DNA of 64,000 bases from Alphaproteobacteria bacterium (GTDB lineage Bacteria > Pseudomonadota > Alphaproteobacteria > UBA11073): positions 1,455,500-1,519,499 of the forward strand of contig CBDFFW010000001.1 in the NCBI GenBank assembly GCA_965246945.1, written 5' to 3'. Below are positions 59,078 through 64,000 of the stretch, one piece after another. The notes under the pieces were generated by a model. The model saw nothing but the letters and a program-made list of their open reading frames with translations, searched no databases and was not told the DNA's origin. The translations under genes were made by a program, and so were the position numbers. The stretch's first letter is position 1. The number at the start of each line of letters is the position of its first letter.

Positions 59078-61456
59078 ATGAAATTCACGCTTTCCTGGTT
59101 GAAAGAGCATTTAGAAACCACGGCCGATTTAGCCGCAATTGCCGATACCCTTAACCGCATCGGTTTGGAGGTTGAGGAAATTAGCGATAAGGCTGAGGAG
59201 TTGAACGGCTTTAAAGTGGTAGAAGTGCGCATTGCGGTGCAGCATCCGGATGCTGAACGTTTAAAAGTGACCACTGTTTTTGATGGCATTGCTGAATATC
59301 AGGTGGTATGCGGTGCACCCAATTGCCGCGCGGGCATGAAAACAATTTTAGCACCGGTGGGTGCCATTATGCCAGGCAATGGCATGGTTTTGAAACAAGC
59401 CAAAATGCGCGGCCAGGCCAGCAATGGCATGCTATGCGCTTACGGCGAATTGGGTATTACTGGCGAAGATAGCGGGATTATTGATCTGCCGGCCGCTACA
59501 CCCATTGGCCAGCCAGCCGCTGAAGCGCTGGGCATCACCGACCCCATTATTGAAATTGGCCTCACCCCTAATCGCGGCGATTGCGCCGGTATTCGCGGGA
59601 TTGCGCGGGATTTGGCGGCCGCTGGTTTAGGTAGTTTGAAACCCCTGTCTATGCCAATCATTACCGGTAAATTCAAATCACCACTGCAAATTCAAATGGA
59701 GGCGCCGGATTTATGCCCGTTTTTCGCGGGCCGTTATATTCGCGGTGTAAAAAATGGGCCATCTCCCGCTTGGCTGCATCAGCGTATGGAAGCGATTGGT
59801 CAGAGGTCTATTTCGGCTTTGGTAGATATCACCAATTATTTTACCTTCGCGCATAACCGCCCAATGCATGTTTTTGATGCGGATAAAATTCATGGCGATG
59901 CCATTATCGTGCGCCAGGCCAAGGCTGGTGAAACCGTTACGGCGCTGAATAACAAAGAATACACGCTGGATGATAGCATGCTGGTGCTGGCTGACCGCGA
60001 TGGCGCAGATGCTATTGCTGGTATTATGGGTGGTCTGCGGGTTTCTAGCGATGAAAACACCACCAATATGTTTTTGGAAGTGGCGCTGTGGGATCCCATT
60101 AATATCGCGCGCACTGGCCGCGCCTTGGGTATTAATAGCGATGCCCGTTACCGCTTTGAACGCGGCGTTGATCCCGCCTTTACCGTGCCGGCTGTTGAAC
60201 TTGCCACCCAAATGATTATGGAAATTTGTGGTGGTGAGGCGAGCGAATTGGTTTTAGCAGGCACCGAACCCAATGTTACCCGTAGTTATCATTTACAAAC
60301 AAATCGTGTTGAAACTTTGGGTGGTTTATCATTGCCAGCCGAACGGCAAATCAAAATTTTGACTGCGCTGGGTTTCGCCGTAAAAGCTGTTGCTGATGAT
60401 TTAGCAGTCAATGTGCCAAGCTGGCGTAGCGATATTCAAGGCGAAGCCGATTTGGTTGAGGAGATCCTGCGTATTCATGGTTTCGATCATGTGCCGGCCT
60501 TATTGCCGAGCAAAGCACCGGCTAGTCTCCAATCACTTAATCCGGTCCATGATTTTCAACAAAGTTTAAGCGCAGTGGCCATCAGCTGCGGTTATGCGGA
60601 TGTGGTCACTTGGTCATTTGTGCCGCAGGCGCAGGCTGAATTGTTTGGCGGCGGCGCTGCACCCATGCAACTAACCAATCCAATCAGCGTGGAAATGGGC
60701 ACCATGCGGCCATCCATTATTCCAAGCCTGCTGCAGGCCGCCCAGCGAAATGCCAATATGGGTTTTACGGATCTGGCTTTGTGCGAAATTGGCCCGATTT
60801 TCCAAAGCGTTTCCCCTGAAGCGCAGCCCGTTTGCCTAACCATGCTGCGGGCTGGCAATACACCGCGGCATTGGCAGCAACCGGCCAAGCCTGTTGATTT
60901 TCAGATTATCAAAGCGGATTTATGGGCGGTGTTAAGTGCCGCTGGCCTAAACCCCGATACGCTGCCAATCAGCCGTGATGTTCCTAGCTATTATCACCCA
61001 GGCCAAGCACTCGCGCTATCTTTAGGCAAAAAAGTCATCGCGTATGCCGGTGTGCTGCACCCGCAGATTAAACAAATTTTTGATTACCCGCATGCGGTGG
61101 TCGCCGCTGAAATATTTGTGCAAAACCTGCCATTACCGAAAAATCATACGGTTAAACCAGCGCCAATATTGTCCCCTTTTCAGCCGGTGCAGCGGGATTT
61201 GGCTTTGCTGGTGACCAATGATATGGAGGCTGGCGCGCTGCGTAAAACATTACTGAATGCCGAGCAAAAATTTGTCACGGCGGTCGATTTATTTGATGTT
61301 TATGCTGGCGACAAACTGCCAGCGGGGCAAAAATCATTGGCTTTTGCCATCACTTTGCAGCCACAGCAACAAACGTTAACCGATGTTGAGATTGCAACAA
61401 TTATTGATAAATTGATTGCGGCGGCGGCTAAGCATGGTGCCGCACTACGCCGTTAA
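59078..61456 (+). CDS. pheT: Phenylalanine-tRNA ligase beta
   Basis: MKFTLSWLKEH, VVCGAPN, TPNRGDC, RFERGVD, RDLA, KSLA. Confidence 0.97.
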   Translation: MKFTLSWLKEHLETTADLAAIADTLNRIGLEVEEISDKAEELNGFKVVEVRIAVQHPDAERLKVTTVFDGIAEYQVVCGAPNCRAGMKTILAPVGAIMPGNGMVLKQAKMRGQASNGMLCAYGELGITGEDSGIIDLPAATPIGQPAAEALGITDPIIEIGLTPNRGDCAGIRGIARDLAAAGLGSLKPLSMPIITGKFKSPLQIQMEAPDLCPFFAGRYIRGVKNGPSPAWLHQRMEAIGQRSISALVDITNYFTFAHNRPMHVFDADKIHGDAIIVRQAKAGETVTALNNKEYTLDDSMLVLADRDGADAIAGIMGGLRVSSDENTTNMFLEVALWDPINIARTGRALGINSDARYRFERGVDPAFTVPAVELATQMIMEICGGEASELVLAGTEPNVTRSYHLQTNRVETLGGLSLPAERQIKILTALGFAVKAVADDLAVNVPSWRSDIQGEADLVEEILRIHGFDHVPALLPSKAPASLQSLNPVHDFQQSLSAVAISCGYADVVTWSFVPQAQAELFGGGAAPMQLTNPISVEMGTMRPSIIPSLLQAAQRNANMGFTDLALCEIGPIFQSVSPEAQPVCLTMLRAGNTPRHWQQPAKPVDFQIIKADLWAVLSAAGLNPDTLPISRDVPSYYHPGQALALSLGKKVIAYAGVLHPQIKQIFDYPHAVVAAEIFVQNLPLPKNHTVKPAPILSPFQPVQRDLALLVTNDMEAGALRKTLLNAEQKFVTAVDLFDVYAGDKLPAGQKSLAFAITLQPQQQTLTDVEIATIIDKLIAAAAKHGAALRR

Positions 61457-61482
61457 GGATTGTTCATCATTCGTTAAGGATT
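61451..61482 (+). promoter_or_regulatory. Direct repeat CGTTAAGGATT x2 containing a near-consensus CtrA box
   Basis: Repeats at 61451 and 61472. TTCA-N7-TTAA at 61463-61477 is one mismatch from TTAA-N7-TTAA, upstream of fliL. Confidence 0.35.
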
Positions 61483-61528
61483 AGGGGTTATCCTGATAGA
61501 TGCGGTTGATAGGTCCGCGCCTTGCGTC

Positions 61529-61945
61529 ATGCTCACACGTCTTTTCCTGACATTTTTATTACTTGGTTTGCTTGGCACTGCCGCGCAAGCCAGTGAGGAA
61601 GCGCAAGCTTCTGACAAAGATAAAGGCCCGCAATATGTCAAAATCTCGCCAATCATTCTCCCATTGGTGGGCGAGCAAGGGGTTGAGCAAATTATCAGCC
61701 TAGTGGTAGCTATTGAAGTGCCGGACCGCCAAACTGCTGATAAAGTGATTGTGTTATCCCCGCGTTTAAACGATGCCTATTTAACTGATTTATACGGCTC
61801 GATTGACCGCCGTGATGCCTTTCATAATGGCCTGGTCGATGTTCGCCGGATCAAAGACCGCATCGAAAAAGCCAGTATTCGCATCCTTGGCCAGGAGCAT
61901 GTAAAAAGCGTGCTGGTGCAAGCGGTGATGCAGCGCCCGGCATAA
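61529..61945 (+). CDS. fliL: Flagellar basal-body associated FliL-like protein
   Basis: N-terminal hydrophobic segment, YVKI-x-PI, PRLNDAY, VKSVLV. Confidence 0.72.
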   Translation: MLTRLFLTFLLLGLLGTAAQASEEAQASDKDKGPQYVKISPIILPLVGEQGVEQIISLVVAIEVPDRQTADKVIVLSPRLNDAYLTDLYGSIDRRDAFHNGLVDVRRIKDRIEKASIRILGQEHVKSVLVQAVMQRPA

Positions 61946-61993
61946 CCAGCCTAAACTTGTGATTTTTGCTATATAACAGCATTAATCACATTT

Positions 61994-63055
61994 ATGGATG
62001 TGATCGAAAAATTCACGGCGCAACTGGCAAAACTGGTTTTGGCTGATGGCCAAATAATTGATGCGCGGCCAATGGTGCAAAGTGCCGAATTTAAAGACAA
62101 GCAGCTGATTATTATATTACAAGGCGTTGTCAAACCCAATGATACCATGCAGGTCAATCATTTAGAAAACATCCGCCAAGCTGTTGAAAAACAAGCCAAG
62201 AAAATGAGCGGTGTTAAAGCGGTACAGGTTATTTTAACAGCCGAACGCGAACAACCGACTAAAGGTCGTGGCCCTAATCCCTGGGCTGAAAAAATTACGC
62301 CACTTGATGTTAAACATATTATTGCCATTGCCAGCGGCAAAGGTGGTGTGGGTAAATCTACCGTTACGGCGCAATTAGCGTTTGCCCTACAGCGCGCTGG
62401 TTACCGCGTTGGCGTGTGCGATGCCGATATTTATGGCCCATCCCAAATCCGCATGCTGCAGGTCGGCGGGCAAAAACCCGAAGTGGTGGATGGCAAATTG
62501 CAACCGCTCGAAAATAATGGTATAAAAATTATATCGATGGGTGCGTTGGTTCCCGAAGGTGATGCCCTGATCTGGCGCGGACCAATGGTCCAAACCGCTA
62601 TTACGCAATTGCTGCGCGATGTGCATTGGGGACCGTTGGATTACCTGTTGATCGATTTGCCGCCTGGGACTGGCGATGCGCAATTAACTTTGGTACAAAA
62701 AGTGGCATTGACCGGCGCGGTAATTGTGTCGACCCCGCAAGACATCGCCTTGCTCGATGCGCGGCGCGCGATTGCGATGTTTCAAAAGGTCGATGTGCCG
62801 ATCTTAGGTATTATCGAAAATATGAGTTACTTTTGCTGCCCCAACTGTAATTACCGCAGTGAAATATTCGCCCATGGCGGCGCACGGGCGGAAGCTGAAA
62901 AACTGCAAGTGCCATTCCTTGGCGAAATTCCACTTACCTTAGCAATTCGTGCAGCGAGCGACCAAGGACAAGCATATATTGAGAATACCGTTTATGATGA
63001 CATCGCCAATCAGCTACAAATTACGGCTACCTCTCCCCTTGCGGGCCAATTCTGA
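61994..63055 (+). CDS. mrp: Mrp/ApbC Fe-S carrier ATPase
   Basis: ASGKGGVGKST, DADIYGPS, DLPPGTGD, ENMS..CPNC. Confidence 0.95.
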   Translation: MDVIEKFTAQLAKLVLADGQIIDARPMVQSAEFKDKQLIIILQGVVKPNDTMQVNHLENIRQAVEKQAKKMSGVKAVQVILTAEREQPTKGRGPNPWAEKITPLDVKHIIAIASGKGGVGKSTVTAQLAFALQRAGYRVGVCDADIYGPSQIRMLQVGGQKPEVVDGKLQPLENNGIKIISMGALVPEGDALIWRGPMVQTAITQLLRDVHWGPLDYLLIDLPPGTGDAQLTLVQKVALTGAVIVSTPQDIALLDARRAIAMFQKVDVPILGIIENMSYFCCPNCNYRSEIFAHGGARAEAEKLQVPFLGEIPLTLAIRAASDQGQAYIENTVYDDIANQLQITATSPLAGQF

Positions 63056-63205
63056 AAAGAAGGGTAATTTTTCTTAGTGAGCCAACGGCGAATTTTAGAA
63101 AATGGGTGAGGGGTTGTGACACCGTCGGTTCTTACCCCTCACCAAGTTTTTCTAAACTCACTGCGTTCATTAAGAAAAACTGTCCTCTCCCGCAAGGAGA
63201 GAGGG
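63030..63205. repeat. Long palindromic MITE/REP-like element
   Basis: CCTCTCCCCTTGCGGG...GGTGAGGGGT / ACCCCTCACC...CCCGCAAGGAGAGAGG. Imperfect inverted arms of roughly 70-85 nt. Confidence 0.8.
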
Positions 63206-63222
63206 AGCTACCGTGACATTTA

Positions 63223-64000
<778 letters not shown>

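Overview
Chromosomal segment of an alphaproteobacterium. The FliX, DUF1192, CreA, ApaG and alpha-type SucB, FumC and AtpA genes point to a Rhodospirillales/Micavibrio-like lineage, but the taxonomy is inferred. Most of the window is housekeeping genes whose usual operons are broken up: atpHAG without atpDC, pheS and pheT about 20 kb apart, and lone secD, sucB, pdhC, yejB, hisF, trpF, purQ, fliL and fliX. Accessory content: (1) the start of a podovirus-type head module (scaffold, portal, three small genes) divergent from an HTH-S24 repressor whose autocleavage residues all appear lost, a candidate domesticated phage or gene transfer agent; (2) a pilin locus with three six-cysteine leaderless pilin-like paralogs, a classical prepilin, a PilM-like gene and a displaced relic of the yejB 3' end; (3) an orphan DotA/TraY gene; (4) an in-frame peptide deformylase-M24 aminopeptidase fusion; (5) a CDP-sugar/glycosyltransferase cluster; (6) a DUF4258/DUF2283 toxin-antitoxin-like pair. 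Also present are tRNA-Leu(TAG), two palindromic REP/MITE-like elements and two frameshifted genes (greB and a GT2). No CRISPR array, rRNA, integrase or transposase was seen. All product calls come from motif recognition by eye; no database searches were run.
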